64,000 nucleotides of DNA. Source: Chiloscyllium plagiosum. Its lineage: Eukaryota. The stretch is from the NCBI RefSeq assembly GCF_004010195.1, contig NC_057755.1, forward strand, positions 1,167,306-1,231,305, read 5' to 3'. Each line of letters begins with the position of its first letter. Position 1 is the first letter of the stretch. The notes beneath the pieces were generated by a model, which searched no databases, was not told where the DNA came from, and saw nothing but the letters and a program-made list of their open reading frames with translations. Shown piece after piece: positions 1 to 13,480 of the stretch. Position numbers and translations under genes: made by a program.

Positions 1-610
1 TACCAGATATCTCAATGCAATCTAGTCCCACCTGCCAGCACCCGGCCCATATCGCTCCAAACCCTTCCTATTCATATACTCATCCAAATGCCCTTTATAT
101 GTTGCAATTGTACCATCCTCCACCACATCCTCTGGCAGGTCATTCCATACACGTACCACGCTCTGCTTGAAAAGGTTGCCCCTTAGGTCTCTTTTATATT
201 TTTCCCCTCTCACCCTAAACCTATGCCCCCTAGGTCTGGACTTACCGACCAAAGGGAAAAGACTTTGCCTATTTACCCTATGCATGCCTCTCATGATTTT
301 GTCAACTTCTATAAGGTCACTCCTCAGCCTCCGACGCTCCAGGGAAAACACCCCAGCCTGTTCACCCTCTCCCTGTAGCTCAGATCCTCCAACCCTGGCA
401 ACATCCTTATAAATATTTTCTGAAGCCTTTCAAGTTTCACAACATCTTTCCGATAGGAAGGAGACCAGAATTGCACGCAATATTCCAACAGTGGTCTAAC
501 CAATGTCCTGTACAGCCGCAACATGAGCTCCCAACTCCTGTACTCAATACTCTGACCAATAAAGGAAAGATTCCAAACACCTTCTTCGCTATCCTATCTA
601 TCTGCGACTC
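1..610 (-). mobile_element. CR1 LINE, 3' fragment (end of ORF2)
   Basis: ORF-track peptides LYRTLVRPLLEYCVQFWSP and FSLERRRLRSDLIEV...RGHRFRVRGEKYKRDLRGN match the CR1 ORF2 C-terminus, split across frames. Confidence 0.9.
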
Positions 611-809
611 CTCGATTACTGTTTTAAGAATACTATAAGAATACTTCATTAGATTAGATTGTAATGCCTCGCTACGATTCATAAATAAGACAGAACAGCA
701 GTCAATGAACCACAGAGTCATGGAGATGGAAACAGACCATTCGGTCTAACTCGTCCATGCAAAACTAGATTACATGAATTCTTCCAGGCGCATTTGCCAG
801 CATTTGAGA

Positions 810-3800
810 AAGAACAAAGAACAAAGAAAATTTACAGCCCAGAAACAGGCCCTTCGGCCCTCCAAGCTGAGCCGATACAAATGTACTGTCTAAACCTGTC
901 GATCAATTCCTAAGTATTTATATTCCTCTACTCCCCACCTACTCATGCATCTGTTCAGGCGCATCTTAAGTGCATCTACAGTGTCTGCCTCTACTACCGC
1001 GGCTGATAACGCGTTCCAAACACCCACCACCCTCTGTGTGAAGTACTTGCCACGTGTATCCCCCTTAAACTTTCCACCTCTCACTTTGAAAGCATGAACT
1101 CTCGTTATTGAATCCTGCACCCTGGGAAAAAGCTTGTCTCTATCCACCCTGCCTATACCTTCTTGATTTTGTAAACCTCAATCAGGTCCCCCCTCAATCT
1201 CCTTTTTTTTCTAGTGAAAATGCACCTAACCTACTCAATCTCTCTTCAGAGCTAGCACTTTCCATACCTGGCAACATCCTCGAAAGCCTTCTCTGTACCC
1301 TCTCCTAAGCATCCACATCCTTTTGGTAATGTGGCGACCAGAAGTGTACACAGTATTCTAAATGCGGCCGAACCAATGTCTTGTAAAATTTTAACATGAC
1401 TTGTCAGCTCTTATACTCAATACCCCGTCTAATGAAGGCAAGCATACTATATGCCTTCTTGATCACTCTATCCATCTATGCAGCAACATTCAGGGTAAAA
1501 TGCACTCGCACTCCCAGATCTCTCTGCCCATCAACTTATCCAAATGCTCTTCCATTCAATGTATAATTCGCTCTAGAATTAGACTTGCCTAAATGCATCA
1601 CCTCACATTTGTCTGGATTGAACTCCATCTGCCACTTTTCTGCCCAACTCTCCAGTCTATCTATATCCTCCTGTATTCTGTGACAGTCCCTTATGCTTTC
1701 TGCTACTCCACCAATCTTTGTGTCATATGCAAACTTGCTGATCATATCAAAAGTGCCCTCTTCTAGATCATTTATGTATATTACAAACAACGGTGGCCCC
1801 AATACTGACCCCTGTGGAACACCATTGGTCACCTTTCACCATTTCGAGAAACTCCCTTCAACTACTACTCTCTATCTCCTGTTGCTCAACCAGTTCTTTA
1901 TCCCCTAGCTAGATCACCCTGCACACCATGTGACTTCACTTTCTCCATTAGTCTACAATGGGGAACCTTATCAAACGCCTTACTAAATTCCATGAATCTG
2001 GCAGCAACAGCCCTTCCTTCATCTAACAACTTGGTCACTTCCTTTAAGAACTCTATCAAGTTTGTAAGGCACAATCTCCCCCGCAGAAAAACATGTTGCC
2101 CATCACCGGTAAGCTCATTCCTTTCTAAATATAAATGAGATCCTATCTCTCAGTACCGTCTCCAGCAACTTCCCCACCACTAACGTCAGGCTCACTGGTC
2201 TGTCGTTACCCTGAATATCTCTACTACCCTTCTTGTACAGGGGGACAACATGAGCAACCTTCCAATCCTCCAGCACCTCACCTGTATTTAAGGAGGTCAC
2301 AAAGATATATTTCAGGGCCCTAACTATTTCCTCTCTCGCCTCCCTCAGCAACCTGGGATAGATCCCATCCGGTCCAGGGGATTTGTCCACCTTAATAAGC
2401 TCTAGTATACCCAACACATCTTCCCTACTTATGCCAACGTGATCCAGACTAATCAAACTTCTATCTCCAATCTCAAGATTCATCATGTTCCTCTCCTCAG
2501 TGAACACCGATGCAAAGTAATCATTCAGAATCTCACCAATTCTCTCAGGTTCGGCATACAGTCTTCCTTCATTATCTTTTAGTGGCCCAATCCTTTCTTT
2601 AGGTACCCACTTGCTTTTTATATAGGAATAAAATGCTTTGGGATTTTCCTTAATTCTGCATGTTAAAATTATTTCATGACCCCTTTTAGCCCGCTTGATT
2701 CCTTGTTTAAGACTTCTCATACTCTTCCGATATTCCTCCAGGCCCGTTCTGTTCTTATCTGCCTTCACGTTATGTACACTTTCCTTTTCCTCTTTGCTAG
2801 ACGTACAATTTCTCCTATCATCCACCGCTCACGAATCTTGCCCTTCCTATCCTTTGCCTTCAACGGGACATGCCTATCCTGCACTGCCATTAACCTATCT
2901 TTGAAAGTCTCCCACATCTCAACTGTCGACTTCTCTTCAAATAGTTGTGTCCAATCCTCATTTCCCAGCTCCTGCCTGATTTTGAAATAATTGTCTTGGC
3001 CCAGTTTAGCATTCTTCCCTTCGGACCACTCTCTTCTTTATCTATGAGTATTGTAAAACTTACAGAATTGTGGTCACTGTTCCCAAAGAAATCCCTAACG
3101 CAACTTCTACCACCTATCCTGGCTCGTTCCCCAGTACCAGGTCCAATATGGCCCCTTCCCTTGTTGGACTATTGACAAACTGCTCCAGAAAACTCTCCTG
3201 GACGCTTCGTACAAATTCTACTCCATCCAGACTTCTGACGCTAAGTCTAAACCAGTCAATGTTGGGAAAATTAAAATCTCCCATCACCACTACCCTATTG
3301 ACTCTACATCTATTCATAATCTGTTTACCTATTTGTTCTTCAACCTCACACGCACTGTTGAGAGGTCTGCAATACAGCCCCAACAATGAAACTGCACCCT
3401 TCTTATTTCTCAGATCCACCCATAATGCCTCACTACCCAAGACCGTCCTGCTTTAGCACAGCCGTGATATTGTTTCTGACCAGCAATGCAACGCCCACCC
3501 CCCCCCCCCCCCCCCCCTTTTTACTTCTCTCCCTATCCTGTCTGAAGCGTCTATATCCTGGAACATTTAGTTGCCAATCATCATATGCTTCCTTCAACTA
3601 AGTCTCTGTGTTGGCAAGAATGGCATACTCCCAGGCACAAATCCAAGCCCTAAGTTCATCTGCCTTAAACAGTATTCTCGTTGCATTAAAGTAGACGCAT
3701 TTCAAGCCACCAGTTCCTTTGCGCTCACCTGCTCTCTGCTTATTCTTCCCTTTATTAATGCTACTTTCATAATTATTACATTCTCCAGTCTCCACCACGC

Positions 3801-5130
3801 TGTCGACTTGTTTTCTCTTCTGGTTCCCAGTCCCCTGCCACATTAGTTTAAAACCTCCCCAACAGCAGTAGCATAAACTCCCACAAGGACGTTGGTTCCG
3901 GTCTGGTTCAGGTGTAGACCACCCCTTTTTAAATAGTCCCACCTTCCCCAAAACCAGTCCCAATGTCGAACAAGCGTGAACCCCTCCCTCCCACACCATC
4001 GCTCAAGCCACGTGTCCATCCTGCCTATTTTTTCATTTCTGCACTGGCTAGCTTGTGGCACTGGTAATAATCCCCAGTAACCTTTGAGGTAATCCCCTTT
4101 AATTTCTCTCCTAGCTCCCTGAATTCTTCTTTCAGGACTTCATCTCGATTTCTGCTTATATAGTTGGTGCTTATATGCACCAAGACAACTGGCTGTTCAC
4201 CTTCCCCTTTTAGAATGCTCTGTAGCCGATCAGTGACATAGAACATAGAACACATACCTGACCCGAGCACCTAGGAGGCAACAAACCATCCGGGAGTCCT
4301 GTTTTCGGCCACAGAACCGCCTATCTACTCCCCTCACAATAGAATCCCCTATGACAATGGATCTAAGAGACTTTTTCCCTCCCCTCTGAACAGTAGTGCC
4401 ATGATCTTGACAAGTGCTGACCTCGTCTAGTGAGCCATCTCCCCCAACAGTATCCAAAACTGGATACCTGTTTTGGAGGAAGGTGATCGCAGGGGACACC
4501 TGCACTATCTTACTAATCATTTTCTGTCTTTTGGTCACCCATTCACTGTCTCCCTCATCAATCCTAACCTGTGGTGTGACAAATTCACAACACGTTCTAT
4601 CCACGACCTCCTCAGCATCGCAGATGCTCCACAATAATTCCATCCGCAGCTTCAGAGCCGTCATGCGATCAAACAGCAGCTGCAGCTGGACACACTTCTT
4701 GCAAGCGTAAGAGTCAGGAAAGTCAGACATGTTCCTGAGCTCCCACATCAAGCAAGAGTCAGATGCCACGGGTCTGAGGTCTCTGCCATTGTAGGCTTAG
4801 CTTTATATGAACTAACTGAAACCAAACAATGCACTTAAATAGATGAAAAAGAAGGATAAGAAATAAAAGCCTTACCTTACGGGGTCTTTTTTCTTCCGGT
4901 TAGAGGAGGGGAGCGGGAGGGAGATAGTACACGCGTAGTATCTCGGGTATAGCCACTGCCCAAATATACATTATGCCCTTATCTTCCCGGCATCCCTCGC
5001 TTCACTCCTCCTCTCCTCGTCGCTCTGTCAAAATGTAGGCCTGACTCTCGAGGTAAGTCCCTTTTTATGCGGGAAAACTTACCCTTCCCGGCAGCCCGCG
5101 CATCACTCCTCCTTCTGTCTTCGCCACTCT
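810..5130 (-). mobile_element. Near full-length, degraded CR1 LINE (5'UTR, ORF1 zinc finger + SGNH/esterase, ORF2 APE endonuclease + RT)
   Basis: ORF1 has CLMWE..YACKKC and IVIGDSIVRG (4230-4769) and GLHLN (3843-4061). The endonuclease has CVYFNA and VVVMGDFNFPNIDW..ILDLVL. The RT has KSPGPDGIYPRLL, GVPQGSVLGP and KFAYDTKIG. The 3' tail is a (TTCTTTG)n-like repeat near 810-830. Multiple stops, frameshifts and deletions. Confidence 0.92.
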
Positions 5131-5819
5131 GGTAAAATTTGGCCCATATCCTTCTAAACCCTTCTGTGCATGTGCCCATCCAGATGTAATGGTACTAACC
5201 TCATTTCCTCCGGCAGCTCATTCTATACACATCACCCTCTATGTGAAAAAGTAACCCTTTTAGGCACTTTTAAATATTTCCACTCTCACCTTAAACCAAT
5301 GCCCCAGTCATGAAATGCCTCAATTAGAAGAGATGATTGAAACCGAAAAATGTTTTGTTTTGAGAACTATGACTAGCTTATCAGACTGCAATTCAATTGA
5401 GTATATGAATTTGACATTTATATAAGTTATAACAAAAGTAAGTGTAGAAAAGACAAGAGATAAGTAATACATTTCAGATTAGCATGATTAATCGTCTGGG
5501 AACAAAATAAGGATAGTAAGTGATAGCAACAAGTTGGGTACAATTTAAGGAAACGAAAACAATATGATCATTTAAGTTCTTTTAATTTAATAGCAAAAAC
5601 ATTTATCTTTAAATGCCAGCAATTAAGAATTACCAATAATTTATTTGAGATTGAAGTAATCTGGAGGTAGCAATAACATCAGAAAGACAGACAATGACCA
5701 ATAGAACTATAGGTGTGTCGATGAGGAGAAGTAACAGCTTGAAAACAAATGAAAATGCTGTATACAGGTTATTACATACCGTGTGGTCCCACACTCAAGA
5801 CAACAACAGACAATAGGTG

Positions 5820-6375
5820 TGCAACCAAAAGAGAAAATGCTGGAAAATCTCAGCAGGTCTGGCCGTATCTATTAGGAGAGAAAAGAGATGACGTTTCGAG
5901 TCTAACTGACCCTTTGTCAAAGATAAGAAAAGGAGAGAAATAGGGTGGTATTTATACTAATGCTGAGAGAAGGCGAGTCGTGGCTCCAGAAGCAAAGGTA
6001 GCAATAAAGAGGTGGTAATGACAGTCCATGGAGAGATTATAGGGAGATTAGGAGCTATGAATGACCAAGGCTGAAGCCAGTGCTATGTGACAAAATATGT
6101 TGGCGGGGGGGATGGGTGAAGCAGAGGCAAAGTGGGAAACAGGGGAGAAGGGTAACAAAGGGGGAAGAGGAGAGGAAAAAGTGATGAGAGAGTGGGAGCG
6201 AGAGAAAGAGAGGCAATCAAGAAATAAGAGTTACAAAACAGTGAAAAACATATTAAAAAATACATAAAATAAAGGAAATAAAATTACAGGGAAGAATGAA
6301 AACAGAGGGGTCGAGATGGGATACTCATCTGAAGTTGTTGAATTTAATGTTGAGACCAGCAAGCTGTAACGTGTA
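5820..6375 (-). mobile_element. Penelope-like (Neptune-type) element, 3' end fragment
   Basis: Minus strand near 6330-6365 reads LAGLNIKFNNFR*, resembling the PLE GIY-YIG ORF C-terminus. It is followed by a pyrimidine-rich UTR and a degenerate CGAAACGTC motif near 5890. Confidence 0.55.
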
Positions 6376-6534
6376 ATGGGACAAAGTTACAGAATAAGGA
6401 ATACTTCTGTTCCTATTCTTATGGAATTTCTACGTTTCTGGAATCAAACAAAAGTTTCATTGCCCCCTCTACTTGCAGATCTTAGCAATAGCAATGTGAA
6501 TCAATTGAATATTAAAGAGGCTAAAGCCATACAG

Positions 6535-6660
6535 ATCAGATTAGATTACATTCCATACCGTGTGGAACCAGGACATTTTGGCCCAACAAGGCCAGACTGA
6601 CCCTCCAAAGAGTAACCAACCCAAACAATTTTCCTCTGACTAATGTACCTAACACTATGC
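6535..6660 (-). mobile_element. HE1 (V-SINE) 3' half, interrupted by a Penelope element
   Basis: Matches the 3' part of the intact HE1 copies at 34900-35210 and 47963-48270. It continues at 10560. Confidence 0.75.
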
Positions 6661-7936
6661 GTTTTGAGAAGATATCTAGCTCAGGTTGAGGTTGTGGATG
6701 TAAGTTTGTTCTCTGAGTGGAAGGATCGTTTTCAGACATTTTATCACCATACGAGGTAACAACATCAGTGAACCTCCAGATGAAGCACCGATGGTATGGC
6801 CTAGTTTCGATTTGTGTGTTTGGTTTTCCTTGAGTTGGTGACGTCATTTCCTGTGGAGATGTAATTTCCTGGTTTTTTTTTACTCAGGGGCTGGTAAATG
6901 GGATCCAATTCAATGTGTTTGTTGATAGTGTTCCAGTTGGAATGCCATGCTTCCAGGAATTCTCGTGTGTGTCTCAGTTTGACTTGACAGTCATTTTAAA
7001 TCAAAGAGACTACATTGAGAAAGCAAACACACTACTTTCAGATACCAACCCTTACTAGCAAGACCCGACCCTACAACTAGGGAACCTAATCACAGTCCTA
7101 CTCAAAAAACATCAGAAATCTGGAGAAATAAATAAGACTGAATTCCAAAAAGTGAAACTAGATAGATCCAACAGACCACATTTCTCCGGATCACCCAAAC
7201 TTCACTAACCACGATCCCACCTCAGACCCATAGTCTCGCTACCTGGAACACCAACTTACACATTGGCCAAGGAGTTACACCAAAGAGTAAAACTCTTAAT
7301 AGAAGACTGATGCCACTCCAACTAAGATTTCCTGAAGACCATCAAAGGCACCAGAATAGAAGCAGATGAAGTAATTTTCTCCATAGACGTAACAGTCCTG
7401 TTCAGATCCATCAACATCAACCTGGCCAAGGAAACACTGACACAAAAACCAAAGACACATACACTAAACACCACCAACTTCATCAGCAAAGACAGTATCA
7501 TCAAACTAGTGGACCTCTGCCTTACCAATCACTTCACCATCAAAAACAAAAGCTACAGATAAACCAACGGAATACCCATGGGATTTCCAATATTAGGGTT
7601 CTTAGCAGAGGCAGTAAGGCAGAGACTCAAACAGTGAGCTCTACCAACAATCCAACCCAAACTTTGTGTCTGCTACATGGATGACACCTTTGTTATCACT
7701 AAGCGAAACAAATTAGAGGAAATATTCAAGACCATCATACTCTTACTGGCATAAAATGTACTAAAGAGAAGGAAACCAAGAACAAATTGCGATTCCTAGA
7801 TGTTGCAGCAGAGCGAACAGCAAATGGGGAACTTCAAACCAGCATCTACAGGAAAACAACATATACGGAATTACAACATATACCAAATACTGAACTACAG
7901 ATGTTGTGGTTCTGATCGCCGAGCTGGGAATTTGTG

Positions 7937-7980
7937 TTGCAGACGTTTCATCCCCTGTCTAGGTGGCATCCTCAGTGCTT
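7937..7980 (-). ncRNA. Second copy of the Penelope B hammerhead motif (inverted arm)
   Basis: Reverse complement reads gcaCTGAGGAtgccacctagacaggggatGAAACGTCtgca. Confidence 0.7.
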
Positions 7981-9564
7981 GGGAGCCTCCTGTGAAGCGC
8001 TTCTGTGATCTTTCCTCCAGCATTTGCAGTGGTTTGAATCTGCCGCTTCCGGTTGTCAGTTCCAGCTGTCCATTGCAGTGGTCGGTATATTGGATCCAGA
8101 AAGATGTGCTTATTGATTTAATCTGTGGATGAATGCCATGCCTCTAGGAATTCCCTGGCTGTTCTCTGTTTGGCTTGTCCTACAATAGTAGTGTTGTCCC
8201 AGTCGAATTCATTTTGCTTGTCATCTGCGTGTGTGGCTACTAAGTATAGCTGGTCGTGTCGTTTCGTGGCTAATTGGTGTTCATGGATATGGATCGTTAG
8301 CTGTCTTCCTGTTTGTCCTATGTAGTGTTTTGTGCAGTCCTTGCATGGGATTTTGCACACTACATTGGTTTTGCTAATGCTGGGTATTGGGTCCTAGATT
8401 CTGGTGAGTTGTTGTCTGAGAGTGGCTGTTGGTTTGTGTGCTGTTATGAGTCCTAGTGGTCGTAGTAGTCTGGCTGTCAGGTCGGAAATGTTCTTGATGT
8501 ATGGAAGTGTGGCTAGTCTTGGGTTGTGGCATGTCCTCGTTCCGTTGTCTTTCCCTTAGGCATCTGTTGATGAAATTGCGGGGGTATCCGTTTTTGGTGA
8601 ATACATTGTATAGGTGTTCTTCTTCCTCTTTTTGAAGTTCTGGTGTACTGCAGTGTGTTGTGGCTCTTTTAAATAGTGTCTTGATGCAACTTCTTTTGTG
8701 TATGTTGGGGTGGTTGCTTTCGTAGTTTAGGACTTGGTCTCTGTGTGTGGCTTTCCTGTATACCTTTGTGGTGCATTCTCCATTCGGTGTTCTCTGTACC
8801 ATCACGTCGAGGAATGGGAGTTGGTTGTCCTTTTCTTCCTCTCTAGTGAATCGGATTCCTGTGAGTGTGGCGTTGATGATCCGGTGTGTGTTCTCTATTT
8901 CTGTGTTTTTAATGATTACAAAGGATGACACCTTTGATGTATTCGCCAAAAACGGATACCCCCGCAATTTCATCAACAGATGCCTCAGGGAAAGACAACG
9001 GAACGAGGACATGCCACAACCCAAAGGACTAGCCACACTACCATACATCAAGAGCATTTCCGAACTGGCAGCCAGACTACTGCGACCACTAGGACTCATA
9101 ACAGCACACAAACCAACAGCCACTCTCAGACAACAACTCACCAGAACAAAGGACCCGATACCCAGCATGAGCAAAACCAATGTAATGAACAAACTCCCAT
9201 GAAAGGACTGTACAAAACACTACATAGGACAAACAGGAAGACAGCTAACGATCCGCATCCATGAACACCAACTAGCCACTAAACGACACAACCAGCTATA
9301 CTTAGTAGCCACATGCGCAGATGACAAGCAAAATGAATTCGACTGGGACAATACTACAATTATAGGACAAGCCTAACAGAGAACAGTCAGGGAATTCCTT
9401 GAGGCATGGCATTCATCCACAGATTCAATCAAAAAGCACATCGATCTGGACCCAATATACCGACCACTGCAATGGACAGCTGGAACTGACAACCGGAAGC
9501 GGCAGATTCAAACTACTACAAATGCCGGAGGAAAGATCACAGAAGCGCTTCACAGGAGGCTCCC

Positions 9565-9608
9565 AAGCACTGAGGATGTCACCTAGACAGGGGACGAAAC
9601 GTCTGCAA
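9565..9608 (+). ncRNA. Minimal type I hammerhead ribozyme motif in the Penelope B terminal repeat
   Basis: gca-CTGAGGA (9570-9576), stem II gtc(a)cct/agg(g)gac, then GAAAC-GTC-tgc. Has the CUGANGA/GAAA core, a palindromic ACGT in place of stem III, and a GUC cleavage triplet. Confidence 0.75.
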
Positions 9609-10477
9609 CACAATCCCCAGCTCTGCGAACAGAACCACAACAACGAGCACCCGAGCTACAAATCTTCTCATAAACTTTGAACTCAACTACAGAAGCAATC
9701 ATCCCAACACCCACAAACGAATCTGTATTAGAACATTATTTCAATGAGCAACCACACACTGCAGCACAGAGGAACTACGAAGAGCAGAGGAAAATCACCT
9801 ACACAATGTATTCAAAAAGAACTGTTACCCAATGAACAGTCAGCCGATTTCTCAGCAAGAAATCCAAACAAGTAGACAAAACACGTCCAGAAAACATAGT
9901 CACCCTCCCCTACATTAAATACAACTCGGAAAAATACACGGTAGACTATGCAGACCTCTTGGAATCATGGTCGCCCACAAACTCGCCAACACACTAAAAC
10001 AGCAGCTAATGAACTCAAAAGACCCTATACAGACAACAATCAAAACTAATGTCATTTACAATATACCTTGCAAGAACTGTAACAAACATTGCCCATTGGA
10101 CAAACATGCAGAAAACTAGCCAATTGATACATGAACATCAACTAGCCACAAAATATCATGACTAGCCACAAAATATCATGACTCACTCTCACTAGTATCC
10201 TTATGTACAGATGAGGAAGGACATCACTTCGACTGGGACAACACATCCATCCTAGGACAAGCCAAACAGAAACACGCCCGAGAATTCCTAGAAACATGGC
10301 ATTCCAACTGGAACTCTATTAGCAAACACACTGACCTGGATCCTATTTACCACTCTTGAGATAAGAAAAGAAATGACATCACCACAGGTAATGTCACCAC
10401 AGGAAATGGCGTCACCAAGCCAAGGAAATCTAAACACAAATAGAAAGCAGGCCATATCACCAGTGCTTCATCCGGAG

Positions 10478-10520
10478 GCTCACTGATGATGTTACCTAAC
10501 ATGGTGATGAAACGTCTGGA
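10478..10520 (+). ncRNA. Minimal hammerhead ribozyme motif in the Penelope A terminal repeat
   Basis: CTGATGA (10483-10489), stem II gttacc/ggtgat, then GAAAC-GTC. Degenerate or related inverted copies at ~6730-6772 and ~62236-62275. Confidence 0.65.
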
Positions 10521-10559
10521 AATAAATCTTCCAGCTCAGCGAGTAAACCTACATCCAGA

Positions 10560-10755
10560 ACTATGGGTAATTTAGCATGACCAATTCACCTGACCTGCAC
10601 ATCTTTAGATTGTGGGAGGAACCAGAGCACCCCCACGCAGACACTGGGAGAATGTGCAAGCTCCACACAGACAGTCACCCGAGGTTGGAATCGAACCCAG
10701 GTCCCTGGCTCTGTGAGGCAAAGGCGCCAACCACTGAACCACCGTGCCACCCATA
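10560..10755 (-). mobile_element. HE1 (V-SINE) 5' half
   Basis: tRNA-like head GGCACGGTGGTTCAGTGGTTGGCGC..GGGTTCGATTCC followed by the V-domain TGTGTGGAGCTTGCACATTCTCCC. Confidence 0.85.
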
Positions 10756-11489
10756 AAGAAGAAGACAAGGCAGAGATTGACAGATCTGTTGTCATGTGTC
10801 TTAAAACATAACTTAGGGCAACACTCACAGAGCAAACTGATCAACCCCAGATGGGTTAGTGACACCAAGGTGATGTGATTGCCGGGGATGCTGTCGCAAG
10901 AAGCAACAAACAAGGATCTCTAAGGCAAACATTACACAATTTGTGAGGGAAGTGACTGCATAGATTCAGACAAAAGGTTCAGGATCAGCCAGTATAAAAA
11001 AATGAATCAGGTAGGACATCCAGAATGCCTCCACTGTGAGAGACAATTTGTCTTTATGCCAAACCATCACTGCTGATGTGCATTCAGTGATAGCAAATCA
11101 TGTGACCTGCAGCAATTGCAAGACTGACCTTACATTTTGATTCTGTACTCAGGTATATATGCATCTCTTTAATAATAGAAATGACAAATTTGTGAAATCA
11201 GTTAAGTGCCTCTTTAAGAGGGTTATTGACCTTGCCACTGGGTTCAAACAGGACCTCCTGTCAGCAAGGCCACCTCCAGTAATATCTACTTCGAAAGTGA
11301 AAGCATTGGGCTTTCCGCTCAACCACGTTTACAGCCATGTTTGCTGACACAGTTTGGACTCATGTCTCAGGCTGGACAAGATTTTATCCACTTTTTGCTT
11401 TGAACTGTCTGTATTTTGCTATTTTTTTCTTGCTTTTTGCTCACATTCAACATTGCTTTGGCATTACTCTCCACACTCACTGCTGAAGT

Positions 11490-11840
11490 ACATCTTTTCT
11501 TCAATCATTTGCTCATTGGACAGGGTATTGCTAGCTGACAGCCCAGCATTTATTGCCTGCCCTCGGTTACCCTTGAGAAAGGGGTGGGGAGTTGCCTTAT
11601 TGAACTGAAGCTGTAATCCGTATGCTGGAGATTGACCCACAATGCTTGAGGGACAGAATTCTAGCATTCTAACCCAGCTACAGTAAAGGAATGGCAATAA
11701 GATGGTGAATGGCTCGGAGGGGAATTCGTATGTGTGCTGTTCATGTGTTTCTGTTACCCTTGTCCTTCCAGATGGAAATGGTTGAGGATTATGAAGATGC
11801 TGCCTCAGGACCTATAGTGAATTTCAGCAGTGGCGATGTT
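11490..11840 (-). mobile_element. Old CR1/L2-group LINE 3' end
   Basis: Tail GGGCAGGCAATAAATGCTGGGCTGTCAGC is shared with the copy ending at ~40990. Confidence 0.55.
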
Positions 11841-12914
11841 GATTATAATTCAGTCGAAACATAGAGAGAAAATTGCATTAATACAGATTGAATTTTCATC
11901 AGAAGGCTTAAAATCTGGAGCTTTTTATAAAAGCACCATCTTTTAATGTTTCTATATTTTTGATGGTGGACTGAAAAGGAGAAGGACGATGTAAACACCA
12001 AATATTATGGAAGGGATTGCAGCACTAAACAGCAAGTTTTCAATATTCATTGTAGGTGGCATTTACACTGCTGCTTTGCACAGTGAGGACGATTGGCTGC
12101 AGACAGGATGGCCCTACAGGGTGTGTACAAATTAGATTTGGCTGGCAATAAGTAGCTGATTGGTTTGTGGAGTTGTGACCAGCTGTGAATAACACCTATC
12201 TGACCACAAATGTATGATGGACCCCTAGGGAGCTTAACAGCTTGTGGGTGTTAACGACATTGCCAGAAGTCTTTGGATTTCTTGAAGGGGAAGTGGTGTG
12301 TCTTTCTGCAGCAGAAAATACTTGAAGCTTGAGAAAGCCAGTTTATTTTCCACCACATTTGTTTTAAAGTGTTGCTTTTAATCAATAAGTCAGAGAGAGA
12401 CTTGATACTTTGTGAATCAGTTACTCGGTGCATTCTGCAAGGAAGTGAACCTAGAGAAGTGAACCTAGAGAAAAGAGATTGAAGAACAGCATGTCCTGGC
12501 AAATAAAACAAAATCTCGGTGAGCTCAATGGAGAGGGGTGGCCCTATTTTATTCTCGGTTTTTCCCCACTCTATCTGTAACACTTTTTAAAAATTCTGTC
12601 TGTGCCTGTTTGTATAAGGTAGGTGGGGGGTGGGGGTGGTGTGGCTTTATAACAGTGTGGGAATTTCATTGAGTAAATTTTTGCATCAACTGTTTATAAC
12701 TTTATTTTGGGCAAGAATTCTTCAAACTAAACTCATACACCACATAAAATAATTTTGTTGCTGCAGCTTCAACTGCAGTGCACCAGCAAAACTTGCCCCA
12801 AGTGATTTATCTCTAGTCATCTGCTTGCACATATTAAGTTTTTTTTAAATTTAACACTAGAGGGCGTTTGAGAGCCAGTTACAAATTAAACTTCACACAC
12901 TTAAGATTTTGGTC

Positions 12915-13480
12915 ATGATTCGGAGATGCCGGTGTTGGACTGGGGTGTACAAAGTTAAAAATCACACAACACCAGGTTATAGTCCAACAGGTTTAATTGG
13001 AAGCACACTAGTTTTCGGAGCGACGCTCCTTCATCAGGTGATTGTGGAGGGCTCGATCGTAACACAGAATTTAGAGCAAAAATTTGCAGTGTGATGTAAC
13101 TGAAATTGTACATTGAAGAATTGATTGTCTGTTAAGCCTTTCATCTGTTAGAATACAGTGATAGTTTCACTTCTTTCATGTGTAAATCACAAAACCTTAT
13201 TTTAAAAAATTGCATTCTCGGGTTAGCTGTTAACAATGGTTAACAACTAGCTTTCAGAGTGCTGTTCCTGCATCAGGTAGCTTTGGAACGATAACATATG
13301 ACACAGAGTTTGTAGACTTTTGCTATAAATTCTATGTCTTCTGATTCTGATCCACAGCTACCTGATGGAGCATCACTTTGAAAATTAGTGCTTCCTAACA
13401 AATCTGTTGGACTGCAACCTCATGTTGTGTGGTTTTTGACTTTGTCCACCCCGGTCCAATACTGGCTCTCCCACCTCATA
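12915..13480. mobile_element. Composite palindromic element derived from PLE-type terminal repeats, carrying hammerhead motifs
   Basis: The ends are inverted (ggagatgccggtgttggactggggtgtacaaag / ctttgtccaccccggtccaatactggctctcc). The minus strand at 13008-13038 reads CTGATGA-aggagc-gtc-gctcc-GAAA. Absent from the paralogous intron at ~54.4 kb. Confidence 0.6.

Larger units (their letters stand above)
7902..9684. mobile_element. Penelope-like element B, nested in A and internally inverted
   Basis: Left arm (minus): FLDV..KVYRKATH..KNGYP..CKDCTKHYIGQTGR. Right arm (plus, from ~8935): KNGYP..LPYIKSISE. Flanked by the 9-bp direct repeat AACTACAGA at 7893-7901 and 9685-9693. Confidence 0.92.
6661..10560 (+). 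mobile_element. Penelope-like element A (degraded RT + GIY-YIG) with an inverted copy of its 3' end at the 5' side
   Basis: Plus-strand remnants LRPIVS, FSIDVTVLFRSI, GIPMG and MDDTFVI (RT), and NVIYNIPCKNC and AREFLETWHS (GIY-YIG region). 6661-6990 is the reverse complement of ~10250-10560. Confidence 0.88.

Noticed and set aside
5620..5700. Possible terminal NLR exon after a pyrimidine-rich ccag acceptor (minus strand)
   Set aside because: No convincing LRR motif follows it.
8374..9192. 272-aa ORF as a real gene
   Set aside because: It is a chimera across the Penelope B inversion junction, and its first part is antisense to the right arm.
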